A stretch of DNA of 64,000 bases. It comes from the human T2T-CHM13v2.0 reference genome, Homo sapiens. The notes below the pieces were generated by a model, which had not been told where the DNA came from, searched no databases, and saw only the letters and a program-made list of their open reading frames with translations. Position 1 is the stretch's first letter. Each line of letters starts with the position of its first letter. The stretch is taken from the NCBI RefSeq assembly GCF_009914755.1, contig NC_060932.1; one strand, 5' to 3'. This document shows, piece after piece, positions 1 through 12,640 of this stretch. The position numbers and the translations under genes are program-made.

Positions 1-1666
1 CTCACCTGCCCCAGACCCCACTACCTTCCCCAGCCTCTGATAACCATCCTTCTACCCTCTGTCTCCATGTGTTCAATTGTTTTAATTTTTAGCTCCCACA
101 AATAAGCGAGAATATGTGAAGTTTGTCTTTCTGTAGCTGGCTTCTTTCACTTAGCACAATGACCTTCAGTCCCATCCATGTTGCTGCAAATGACGGGATC
201 TCCTCCTTTTTTATGCCTGAATAGTACTCCATTGTATATATGTACTACGTTTTCTTTATACATTCGTCTGTTGATGGCCACTTAGTTTGCTTCCAAATCT
301 CGACTTCTGTGAATAATGCTGCCATAAGCATGGGAGCACAGGTATCTCTTGGACATACTCATATATAACCAGTAGTGGGCTTGCTGGATTGTATTTTAGC
401 TCTGTTTTTAGTTTTTTGAGGAACCTCCAAACAGTTCTCCATAGTGATTGTACTAATTTACATTCCCACCAACAGTGCATGAGAGTTCCCTTTTCTTCTT
501 ATCCTTGCCAGCATTTGTTATTGCCTGTCTTCTGGATAAAAGCCATTTTAACTGGGGTGATACAGTATCTCACTGTACTTTTGATTTTCACTTCTCTGAT
601 GGTTCCTGATGTTGAGCACCTTTTCATATACCTGCCTGCCATTTGTATGTCTTCCTTTGAGAAATGTCTATTTAGAAATTTTGTCTATTTTTAAATCAGA
701 TTATTAGATTTTTTTTCCTATAGAGTTGTTTGAGCCCCTTATATATTCTGGTTATTACTCCCTTGTCAGATGGATAGTTTACAAATATTTTCTCCCATTC
801 TGTGGGTTGTCTCTTTGCTTTGTTGGTTGTTTCCTTTGCTGTGAAGAAGCTTTTTAACTTGGTAGGGCAAGATATATGGGTCTAGTTTCATTCTTCTGCA
901 TATGGATATCCAGTTTTCTAAGCACCATTTATTGAAGAGACTGTCTTTTTCCCAATATATGTCATTGGCACTATTTTCGAAAACAAGTCCACTGTAGGTG
1001 TGTGGATTTGTTTCTGGGTTTCTTTTTCTGTTCCAGCGGTCTGTGTCTCTGTTTTTATGCCAATACCATACTGTTTTGGTTACGGTAGCTCTGTAGTATA
1101 ATTTGAAGTCAGGTATGTGATTCCTCCAGTTTTGTTCTTTTTGCACAGAATACATTTGGCTATTCTGGGTCTTTTGTTACTCTATGTAACTTTTATGATT
1201 TTTTCTATTTCTGTCAAGAATGGCATTGGCATTTTGATAAGGATTGTAAATTTGTAGATTGCTTTGGGTTGTATGGACATTTTAACAATATTTATTCTTC
1301 CAATCCATGAACATGGAATATCTTTTCAGTTTTTGTGTGTCCTCTTCAATTTCTTTCATCAGCGTTTTATAGTTTGCCTTTTATAGATCTTTTACTTCTT
1401 AGGTTAAATTGTTTCCTAGGTATTTTATATTATTTGTAGCTATTATAAATAGGATTGGTCTCTTGATTTCTTTTTCACATTGTTCACTGTTGGCATACAT
1501 GAACGCTACTGCTTTTTGTATTTTGATTTCGTATCTTGCAACTTGACAGAATTCTTTGTCAGTTCCAATCTTTTTTTGGTGGAGTCTTTAGGTTTTTCCA
1601 AATATAAGATCATATCATCTGCAAACAAGGATAATTTGACTGTTTCCTTTCCAGTTTAGATGCTTT
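1..1666 (-). mobile_element. L1 (L1MA-type) ORF2 3' part and 3' UTR, with internal deletion near 861
   Basis: ORF 766-1155 reads [22 protein letters not shown]...[25 protein letters not shown], the L1 ORF2 C-terminal region. L1MA-like 3' UTR at 1-250. Confidence 0.9.
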
Positions 1667-1769
1667 CGGTGTGAGGAGACCCACGAAAGAAGTCCAAGCT
1701 CCAAATTATATTTAACAGTATCTCTGGCAAAAATAAACTGGTGGGGGAGTGGCAAAAATGGAAAGGGGA

Positions 1770-2037
1770 CCAGGCAAGAGTTGACAGTATTTCAGAATAG
1801 GGTGGTAGGAACGGAGGTGGGATAACCTGGATAAGGTGAGGATTTACTATTGGAATAGATATGGGAGGAGGTAAAAAGAGGATTGAAGGATAACCCCAAA
1901 GTTATTGGCTCCAGCACTGGAACGGTGGATCGCCGAGATTGGAAAGAGTACAAGAGGAGAAAATTGGGTGTGAAGCGAGAGGGAATTAGTTCAGTTTGGG
2001 ACATAGTGAAATTGAGGTACCTATTAGATATACAAAT
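1770..2037 (-). mobile_element. L2 fragment
   Basis: agttcagtttgggacatagtgaaattgaggtacctattagatatacaaat resembles the L2 antisense consensus. Confidence 0.6.
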
Positions 2038-2350
2038 TATTTTCTTAATAAGATCCAGGTACTATGAATCTTATAGATATTATGGATCTTATCAGTACTA
2101 TCAGTACTATTATTGTATTGCTCTTGTTACAAACAATTGCAAAAAATAAATTCAATCTCAACAGTAAACATAAATTGATGAGAAACCATACTTCATCTAC
2201 AATTCTCAAGAATTTTTTAAAGGGTATTCCTCTGCCATACTAGCAGACACAATCCTAGAGGAAAACATACAAACAGCATCAAAAATCTTTAAAATATATA
2301 TAGAAATGAAACCAGAAAAGATACCTGAGAAACTTAATCTCAGGTAATAG

Positions 2351-2772
<422 letters not shown>

Positions 2773-2820
2773 TAGTGACAATATAGAGATAAATTAAATA
2801 TCAAATACTAGGGGATTCAC

Positions 2821-3309
2821 TGTCAAGAACTAGGAAGTGTTTGAAATTTGAACCTGCTTACAACCTAACAAGTAGCCTCCCAGTGTTTCATATGCTGGCA
2901 GAAGACACAAGACTTCTGGGTCAGAGACAAAGGACATTCGTATTCCTGTACACCAGGAGGGAGAAGCTTTATCTTCATATTGACTCTCCACGCTCCCCCT
3001 CCCAAGTCTAAGGGGCAATATGGAGCAGTCCATATGGATGCTGCACAGAGCAGGGCTCTGAGTCCTAGATGAGGAACTTTAGAGACTCAGAGTTTAAGAA
3101 ATGCCCATCACATAAACAGGATGCAAGTAATCCTTTGTGAGGATGACATTATCTTTATTACCCCAGACAGCAAATAAATATGCCCTCTGCTACTAAGGAA
3201 GAAGCTATTCCTCTCTTTCAAGGCTGTTCACTATAAAATCATCCTTGAAAAGATAGTATAGAACAAAAGTGCAAAACTGCAAAAGGCCATGGAGAATTGC
3301 CTCCAGACA
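2821..3309 (-). mobile_element. LTR40-like ERVL solo LTR
   Basis: TG...CA ends. Reverse complement begins tgtctggaggcaattctccatgg and contains ctatcttttcaaggatg and aataaagataatgtc, as in the LTR40 consensus. Confidence 0.7.
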
Positions 3310-3437
3310 CTAAATAATGTATGGTCATCATCACAATGTGGACTATGTGGTTATAAAAAAAATCACTTTTCAGAAGGTTTAATAAAATGAGAAAAATATT
3401 TTGACATATTAAAAAACAGGTTCTCATTCCCCAAAAC

Positions 3438-3440
<3 letters not shown>

Positions 3441-3475
<35 letters not shown>
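3441..3475. repeat. (CA)n microsatellite
   Basis: About 17 AC units. Confidence 0.95.
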
Positions 3476-3478
<3 letters not shown>

Positions 3479-3704
3479 CAGAGAAAATGGACATGATTTT
3501 CTTTTAAATTAAACTGTTTTATATATGTAAAGAAAAATGTTAATATATACACAGCATTTTTTCTGGATTTATGCAAATATTTCTGGATTTATGCAAATAT
3601 CTGAAATTATGCAAAATTACTATTTTCTTTCTGCTCCTTTGAACTAAATTTTCTGTAATGTATGACTTTTATAATCAGAAAAAGGCTTTCTAGAAAATAT
3701 ACAT

Positions 3705-4736
3705 AGATATGACACAAAAAGCACAAGTGACAAAAGAAAAAATAAGTTGGACTTCATCAAAATTCAAAACTTCTTGTGCTTCAAGAGACATCAAAACAGT
3801 GAAAAGAAAACCTACAGAACGGGAGGAAACATTTACAAGTCATATAACTGACTAAGGATTTGTATCCAGATTACATAATTTTGCAACCCAATAATTTAAT
3901 AAAAATAACTCAAGAAAGAAACAAAGGAACTGAATAAGCATTTCTCCAAAAAAGACAGGAAAATGGTTGATAAGCACACGAAAACATGCTCAATATCATT
4001 AGTCATTAGAAAAACACAAATCAAAACCAGGATGAGATACCACTTCACACCCACCTGAATGGCTAAAATAAAAAACAATGACAAGTGTCAGTGATGATAT
4101 GGAAAAACTGGAACCCTTACACATTATTGTCGGGGTTCTGAAATAGTGCAGCCACTTTGGAAAACAATTTGGCAGTGCCTTAAAATGATAACCACAAAGT
4201 TGCTATACGATTCACCAAATTCTGTTCTCAGAGAAATGAAATTCTATCCAAGAGAAATACAAACATACGTCCACACAAAAACTTATCACCGAAGTTTATA
4301 GCAGCATTATTCATAATTGCCAAAAAATCTCCCTCAACTGATAAATGTATAAACAAAATGCAGGATTAGCCACAGAACAGATAAAACGAAATGAAGTACT
4401 GATACATGCTACAACTTAGACAAACCTTAAAAACATTAAGTGAAAAGAAGAGGTCACAAAAGGCCACATATTGTATGATTAAATTTAAAATGTCCAGAAA
4501 AACAAACATATATAGAGACAGAATGTATATTTAGTGGTTACCTTGGGTGGGGTGAGGGAGAAATGGAGACTGAATGCCAATGGGTATAGTGTTTCTCTTT
4601 GGAGTAATGAAAATGTTCTGAAATTAGATAATGATGATGGTGGTACAACTCTGTGAATATACCAAAAAATCACAAAATTGCATACTTTAGAAAGGTAAAT
4701 TTTATGCTAGGTAAATTATACTTCAATAAAGCTATT
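3705..4736 (+). mobile_element. L1MB-type 3' fragment
   Basis: End of L1 ORF2 plus L1MB 3' UTR (gtttctctttggagtaatgaaaatgttctgaaattagata...cttcaataaagctatt). Confidence 0.85.
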
Positions 4737-4764
4737 GAAATACACACACTATACACACACACTA

Positions 4765-5390
4765 AATCACCCATTATTAAAATGGGGAAAATATAAATAG
4801 ATAATTCAAAAAGTAACAAAATGGTCAGTAAACATATTTTTGGAAAAACTTCAACCTCGCTGGTAAAAAAAAATACACTAAAAGAATGAAGTGCTATTCT
4901 CCCCTTTAAATTAGTAAAAAATAACCTTAAATAAGAAAGCAATGGAATGGTATAGTAAGAAACATAGTCTATATTCTATTAATGAAAGTGTTAAATGACA
5001 TAACGTTTTCGGAAAGTCATTTGGTAATATATACCAACTATAAAACTATTCATCTTCTTTGACACAGTAATTCCATCTAGGGTTCTGTTCTAGGGAAGAA
5101 ATCACATGCAGATAATAATGAGATGTTCATCAGGACATTATTATAATAGCCCTAAAATGGGGAAGTGGTAAATATAAGGACATTTCCATAGGATTAAAAA
5201 AAAAAGCCCCACGTAATCTTCTAAAAGTATGTTTTGAACACTGAAATATGGTACGTTTAAAGAAGCAAACTACAAAATTGAACTGGGTGATCCTAAATTT
5301 CTAAGCAAACAATGTTTAGTGCACGCAAAGAAAAAAAACACCAGAAGAAAATGTACCCAAATATTAAAAGTGGCTAATTTCTACATGTAG
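4765..5390 (+). mobile_element. Old L1ME-like fragment
   Basis: Degenerate L1 ORF2-end and 3' UTR motifs. Confidence 0.45.
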
Positions 5391-5459
5391 TCCATATTAC
5401 TTTTATAACCAGAAAATTATTATTTGCTAAAGGAAGATAAAAGAAGAGATAACCCTTGG

Positions 5460-6045
5460 AGCTGACAGTATACTGACAGTGAATGATCAAGAGAAGGCAA
5501 ACCTCATGGATCTGCTGATGTCCGTCTATCACAGACAGAACTTGAAAATGAGATCACTATTTGCCCACGGTGAAAACAGAATTGTATAATTATAAGTTGT
5601 TGAGTTCAACACTAATTCTGGCAGGGTTCTAAAATGAGTTATTTAATGGACCTTTGTATGAACCTAAAAAGTGGAAACCATCAATCAGCAAGAACATCAT
5701 GGATTCACCGTCATTATTTCAGAAGACTTCCTTTCTTTCTTTGATGAGCTCTTTGGCGACGTGATGAAGGACAAACTTATCAACTGCTAGATGACATCAA
5801 ACTGAGAGAACTACTGAATCTGCTATTAGGATCAAGATCCTGAGAGATGGGGGCAAGTGGCTTAAGAAGTCACTTCTGCTCTTGGATAAGATAATGAATG
5901 AGGTAATAGAAAGCAAGCTGATTAAATAGTGGATGGTACCAAACTGACAGGAACAGCAGATGTGTATCAGCATCCAAAAAAGAGTAAGAGATGAGCAAAA
6001 GTCTAAATTCAATGAGATAATATTCAACGTAGAGAAGTATAAGAT
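5460..6045 (+). mobile_element. L3/CR1 LINE reverse-transcriptase relic(s)
   Basis: catggattcacc, two FADD-region-like stretches (agatgacatcaaactg ~5790; ggatggtaccaaactg ~5931) and aatgagataatattcaacgtagagaagtataag. Confidence 0.5.
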
Positions 6046-6112
6046 ATTATCATCAAGCCTAACTACTAATGGGTAACTTGATGGGCATCATCAAGTTTAA
6101 CTACTAATGGGC

Positions 6113-6266
6113 TAACTACTAATGGATTTCTTTTGGGGGTGACAAAAGTGTTCTAGAACCAGATGGTGGTGATGTCTGCACAATATGTAAATATACTAAA
6201 ACCACTGAATTGTGCATTTTAATAAAAATGGTGAATTTTACATTATTTGAATTTTATCTCATTAAA
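6113..6266 (+). mobile_element. L1MB extreme 3' tip
   Basis: tttcttttgggggtgacaaaagtgttctagaaccagatggtggtgat...ttgaattttatctca. Confidence 0.7.
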
Positions 6267-6418
6267 TATATATAATTGCAAAATATGTTTCATATATATC
6301 TCACATATTATGTCAGATACACTGACATCCACAAATATTTCACACTAATACTATAAGATCCACAACACTGTCAAGTAGTATTGTATACAACTGTACAATG
6401 CACAAGAGGCCTGGATTA

Positions 6419-6757
<339 letters not shown>

Positions 6758-6775
6758 AGTAATGAATTAATTATG

Positions 6776-7505
6776 CATTCTTCACTAATTCAATTCTGAA
6801 TTTATTTACTGCATGCTTAGTTGGTCCCAAGCACTGTGTTAGGTGCTATAGATACAAAGGGTGAACAAAATATAATCCCTACCATTACAGGACTTCCATC
6901 AAGCAGGGGAGCTTGACATTAAATGAACATAACTCAAATAAATTTAACAATTGTAATGAGGAACCTAAGGGGAAAACACAAGGTGTTATGATAAAATACA
7001 ACAGGCAGATCTGATTTAGATGGGGGAGTTGGACAACAGCCTGAGAAATCACAATTTGAAACTAGAAAGATGAGGTATTTAGCCAGGTGAAGAGTGAGAA
7101 CTAACGTCCCCCAGATGGAACAGCAGTGCAAAAGTCCCGAGGCAGAAAAGAACTGGTCCCACTGGAGAACTCTGTGAAGACAAGTTGTGATCAGAGGGTT
7201 GTGGATAAGAAGATGATTGTCACAAAACGAGGCTGGAGAAGTAGGAAGGGCTCAGTCTACAAAGGGCCTTACGAGCAGTTCTGAGGATTCTCACTTTATA
7301 TCCTGGGTACAAAGGGAAGCCACCTAGGAAACTTAGCAGGGAAGTAGCATGATCAATTTGAGACATAAAAGCATCATCCAGGCCCCTCTGTGAGAAAGGG
7401 ATTAGAAAAGAGCAAAAAAAAATAAATCAGGAGACCAGTCAGGGTCAGACTAGGGGGTAGGTGTACCAAGGAAGAGAAGACATTTGCAAGGTCTGTTTTG
7501 GAGGT
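6776..7505 (-). mobile_element. L2a fragment
   Basis: Antisense L2 3' end (ccaagcactgtgttaggtgctatagataca) followed by typical purine-rich L2 body. Confidence 0.75.
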
Positions 7506-8579
7506 TATCACGTATTCTATTTCATAACTCAAATTTACACATGTGGGAAAAATGCCTTCCAGAAAGACCAAAGCATATAAAGTAGAAATCACTTACCAGG
7601 ATCCTGGACACATTTGCCTCAATCTAGTACCAAACTAAATCCTACAAACACTTCAAGCTACTTCCAGGAGCCCTGAAGTCTTTTCATTTAATTAAGCAGC
7701 CTTGAACCCAAATTATGCCTAAGCTTCCAGCAAGTTTTCAGAGTGGTAAGGAAACCCAGACAGTGAAGTAGAAACCTAGAAGTTCACTGGGATGAGTACA
7801 GGTAATACTTGGTGTCCCCCCTTTAACCCAACTGCAAACCAGCCTGTCCTTGGAACTTTTTTTTCCCCTCTAGAGGAACCATTCTGGAAGGGAAGCACTC
7901 TGCTTAGCATATGCTCTGTTAAAGGCTTCAGTTAAACATACATGCACCCCTAGAAAGAAATATGTGCAAAGCATTCCAGATTATGCACGTGCATCTGTCT
8001 CCTTAAACTGCACTCCAGAGACTAAAGCAGAACACAGAGGCTGTCATGGATATTACACAGTCTACAGCGAGTGAATGACTTCCATTGTAACAGAAAAGCA
8101 ACTGTACATTATACATGCATACAATTCTTTTCCTCTTAAAACTCTACTACCCACACAGTAAATATTGCTATAAACCCACAGTGGGCCAGAAAAACAAACT
8201 TTGTATACACTCCTTGCAAACCCAAGACATGAAACCATGAAATCGAAGGAAATTTACCTATAGTTTCACCAAGTATAATGGAAGCAAATAATAAAGATGA
8301 ATATGACCAGTAACAATTATATATTTAACTCTGCAAGCTCTGTAAGTAATGTTGTTCTCTTTTTCATTTAGACTGTGAAAATTAATTTTGCCCTTAAAAA
8401 TGTAAAACAAAAGGAGGATGTTATTTAACCTCAAGGAATCATTTATCTTTGACCATTGTTATTGTTTTCAGTTTCTTTAGGGTTGTAATTATTTATTACA
8501 ATATATATTTATACAAGTACATGACCACTGTTGAAAATGCTCCTAGTCCTCCTTAAGTCCTTCCATGTTAAGACGGCTC

Positions 8580-8800
8580 TTCTAAGAAGGCTTCCCTTGA
8601 CCTTGAGGGCAGAGCTGATCCTCTCTTCAGTCTCCCTCTCTACCCACTGCACCTTGCACATGTCTCTATCATACACTGACATATTTACAACTGCCTCCCC
8701 TTAGAGATTGTGAGTTCCTGGATGCTTCCAGCACTTAACACAGAGCCTGGCACATGAAAGGTTCTAAATGCTTGTAGAATAAAATAAATGAATAAATGAA
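8580..8800 (+). mobile_element. L2 3' end
   Basis: acagagcctggcacatgaaaggttctaaatgcttgtagaat...aatgaataaatgaa. Confidence 0.65.
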
Positions 8801-10049
8801 TCCGATCCATCCAACCTCTGTAATTTCTTATTTTTTTCACCAGCTTTATCCCAAATGTTAATGACTCACCCAATTCAGTAACACTTCAGACAATTTTCCA
8901 TTTTCCCCCAATTTCTTTCCATTTCCAGATAAATAAGGATTTCTGACTTCAAGTACTGCACTGCTTAGAGGGTATCCATAAACACCAATTTTAAGAGTAA
9001 GAACACTGCTTGCAACTCAGGTTCACACGTGACTTTGTACCAGGTGGCTTTGTATATAGAACAGAAAAGGCCTTGACTCCCCCAAATTCATATTCTCTAA
9101 CAAAGTGGCATCCACTGCCATGTCACTGTATCATTCTTGCTATCAATATCCACAACAGCTATCACTTTTACAAACGGCTCCCTTCATCATGGAAGGAGGA
9201 AGAATGCCCTTGGCAAGGGCAGAGTCCATGAGTTAAATTCACCCTTCTGGAATAAATTATTTAGTACCACTTAAACTCTGAAAGCTTTGAGCCACCTATT
9301 CTGTGGTTTGTAGCATTGTCTTCTAAGTTTACAATTTCATGATTGTGAAGCGACAACTTAATTCCCTAGTGCAAAATCAATACAATTTAAATTTGCTGTC
9401 GGAACTGACATTCTCCAGCAAACTAAAAGATTTCTTCTTCCAATGACATGAGATCATTTTAATCTGCTTTTACAAAAAGGTACTCAGGAACTATTCCAAA
9501 ATTTAGGAATCAATTCTTGCTGGCCATAAAGCAATTGCCCCCACCCCTCTTAAATGTGTGGGATCCCTGGAACCACCTGAGCTATGGCCACTCTGACCTA
9601 GCTTTGACCTGTCAGGGGCCTACATTTTGAATGGAAGTTCATCCTGCAAAAACGCAAGGAGCTGTGGTGGTAGTAACAACAGACAGCCAATAGGGTTTTT
9701 AAGCATATTCTTTCACTCGTTTAGGGTTTTTATCATGCAGTAACGTCGATCATCATTTTCATTCTAAATTAGATTATCAGTACAACTGAGGAGGAAGATT
9801 TGGTACAGCGATCAACGTTTCCAATGTTAATTTACTGGAGTGATCAGGGACCATTTGCTTTTGTTAATTAGCAAAAGCTGGTGTTGTTAAAACACAACAG
9901 TGCGTGACGAATCCGTAAGCTGCATCCTTTTCTCTAACGAACAAAACGGACTGGAAAAGGCAAGAACACACCATCATTCAACCTACAATGAATATTGATT
10001 ATCCGTTCTGTGTAAGGCCCCTTGCAGCTGCTACGCTCAGGATGAGGAT

Positions 10050-11150
10050 GCTGACTGGGAAGGCCGAGCCGGGTGGGCCTGACACCCTAGATTTAACAAG
10101 CTTCCAAGCGCAGGAGTCCCTCTGCATTTAGCTCGTTTTCCTTGCACCTGTCACCGAAAGGCTTATTTCCCTTTCAACTACTCTGAGCGGCCAACAGCTA
10201 AAAGAGAAAGCCTCGTGCCAGGAGAAAGAAGGGTTGATCTACACCCAGTTACTAGCAGACAACTGAGGTTCCCTCCCGTTCACCCTTGTGTCCACTGCGC
10301 TCCCCCAAAACCAAGAGGTCAGACCCAGCAGCAGCTAAGGCTAGGCCTGGGAGGCAGCAAGAGAACGACCGGGCTCGCAGGCACCCCGGGATGCTCAGGC
10401 AATGCCTGCTCCTCCCTCGCCCGCGGTCCAGGCTCCGCCGGTGCCCCTCAAAGCAGTCGGCCTCCCGCGCGCTCAGCATCCCTCCTCCTCCTCCCCCATC
10501 TCCTCCCGTCCCTCCTCCGCCCGCCCTGGTGTCACCAACCTTGGGCGTGCGGATGTGCTCCATGGCTGGCCCACGTCTGCAGGGTCCCGGGCGGGCGCCG
10601 CCTCACGCACCTGCGCGCCTCTGCGGCGCGATGGGAGGGGCGCGGGGAGGGGGCTTCGCGCCCGGGAGTGGGCGGGACGCGGTCTTGGCTCCGCCCCCAG
10701 GTGTTCCGCGCGCGGCGTGCGGACCCGGGGCTCCCGCGCGGCCCTAGAGAGCCCACCTCCGCGCCTGCGCCCACCTGCGCCGCCGCCGCGACGCGCCTCT
10801 GCCTGGGGTTGCCGGGGCGAGGGCTGCTCGCTCTCTCTTAACAGGGGCAGCCGGCGGAGCACTATACGGCCACTGTTCTCCGAGACACAAAGAGGGCCTT
10901 GTTTTGGGTGTGGCCTCCTGGAAGAGAGATGGGGAGTACAGGCTGCTCCACACCGTCCCTGGGCTTCCTTCTAGGGCGTCCTGGGATAGGTAGGATTTCA
11001 GGGTGGGGCAGAAAAGAAGGCTGCCACAGACACTCTAGACCCAGGACGGTCTTGTAGGCTCGATGTGTGTGTTTCATCCCAGGCGCGGCCGGCATAGCGC
11101 TGGGGGTGCGGGTGGAAATAATAGCAGCAGTGTTAGCGCCTTGGTAAGCG
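10050..11150. promoter_or_regulatory. CpG island / MTMR7 promoter and 5' UTR
   Basis: Abrupt GC- and CpG-rich block (core ~10360-10870) in AT-rich background. GC boxes (gggcggg 10670-10676, ccgccc ~10691), NRF1-like gcgcctgcgc 10761-10770, CACCTG E-boxes at ~10608 and ~10772. No TATA box. Confidence 0.92.
10540..10563 (-). CDS. MTMR7: MTMR7 first coding exon (MEHIRTPK), myotubularin-related phosphoinositide phosphatase 7
   Basis: Minus strand reads GCCAGCC-ATG-GAG-CAC-ATC-CGC-ACG-CCC-AAG|GTTGGT: strong Kozak context, then a phase-0 GT donor. MEHIRTPK(V) is the MTMR7 N-terminus as I recall it (paralog MTMR6 begins MEHIRTTK). Lies in a CpG island. Confidence 0.93.
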
Positions 11151-12640
11151 CGCTCCTAAGTCAGGCATCTCACATCCACCTGCGACTTCACTGTTGCAGG
11201 CGACACTTTTCCCCTGGCACAGTGTTGGGTGCTCATTTGCCCTCTTTATTTAGCTCCAACTGAACTGAGAGATAGAGATACAAAGCATCCATTATGCGGT
11301 ACCATTTCCCTATTGATGGTATTAACAGTAGTTGGTGCCATTGTTAGTGTTAGGCCTCTTGGGAAAAGCCAAAGAGAGGAAGAACGCCCTCCATTTTTTT
11401 TTTCTTGCAGCCCTAAGAGTACAATGCTCCACCATAAGTGAAATTTTATAGAATTCTACATAGTTCTGTTCAATTTTTTCCTCGCTCTTACTCATCTTTC
11501 AGGCTGGATTGTGATTTTTTTTTTTTTTCCGTAGAGACTCTGCTTACCGTTTTTTTATCTAATACCTGGACACATTGCAGCCTTCCAGCAAATAATTAAT
11601 ACGGTGTTGAATTTATTTTTAAAATTCCAGATCCCTCTTTCACACGTCTTCTACCATTTCATCCTCCTACTGCTTTGGGAGGCAATTAGAACAAGTTTAC
11701 CATTAGTTTACATTATTAGAAGAACTACTCTGGAAAGCCACAGCTGATTCTTTTGGAAGTGAAAAGAACACTTTCGTTGTTGTTGTCACATAAAGCCACT
11801 GAACTTTAACGCTGAATTGAGCCTAGCCTATACTATGTTGAAGTGGAAAGGGAATTTGAGAGTCAAAATAATGCACTGTCTCTACCTTTGTGTTTGTGAT
11901 TTTTTTAAAGAGGGAGTTGGTAATGCCTTTAAAGATCTCTAGGGACACCTAACCATAAGCAAGACCTAAACTACTTGATTGCAAGTTACCAAACGTCTTC
12001 TAGAGAATTCTTCTTATGCAACTTTTATCACATAGATAATTCAGTTGCAAATACTTTTGCTAACAGAATTTTAAAATACAAACTTGATTTTAACTGGGCA
12101 TTTTCCCAAAATCCTGTGATATTCAATGGCCTGAGGAGATTTGAATTCTTATCAAAAACACTTGCAAGACTTTTTCCAGAATACTTATATTTCTCTTGAG
12201 GCAAGGCAAACTTCTGATTTGGCAGTGAGACCAAACCCTGTTTCCTTAGGGATGGTATTGCTAATTATTACAAACTCAATACGATCCTATTCAGCGTAAT
12301 TAAACCCAAATGGACCATATTATAAGTGGAGGAGGGAACACATCTCTGAATAAACTCAGCCTCATCTGGAGTCACTCAGTATGATAGGGTCAGAGCTGCA
12401 TTTGGGGTTCTGCCTGGCAAAAAGTAAAAGCGGCCTCTCTTCAGGATTTTTATGAACTCAATGATGCAATGTATCAATGTCTCTGTTGGCCTTGCCCTAT
12501 AACAAAGATGTGGAGGAAAAGCACTCAGTGGATTGCAGTCAGCTCTGCCCTTTTTCTAGCAGCCAAAAGGGAAATTCTAGGGCAGCATGAAAAGAGTGTT
12601 TACTCTGTGAACAGTCAAGGCTTTAAAATAGCCTCCTCCC

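Noticed and set aside
256-1155. L1 ORF2-like ORFs (also 17251, 34404, 55352) as active retrotransposon genes
   Set aside because: Short, frameshifted, truncated relics of old L1M families.
7591-7600. Minus-strand CTG|GTAAGT donor as a cryptic MTMR7 exon
   Set aside because: No convincing acceptor at a typical exon distance; isolated donor motifs are frequent by chance.
10252-10563. 103-aa ORF beginning MEHIRTPKV as a complete protein
   Set aside because: Only the first 8 codons are exonic. The rest is intron read-through, and the Val comes from the GTT of the donor.
10215-10974. Overlapping long ORFs (208, 153, 190 and 129 aa) in the CpG island
   Set aside because: GC-rich DNA lacks stop codons in all frames. 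Products are Pro/Arg/Gly/Ala low-complexity with no recognisable domain.
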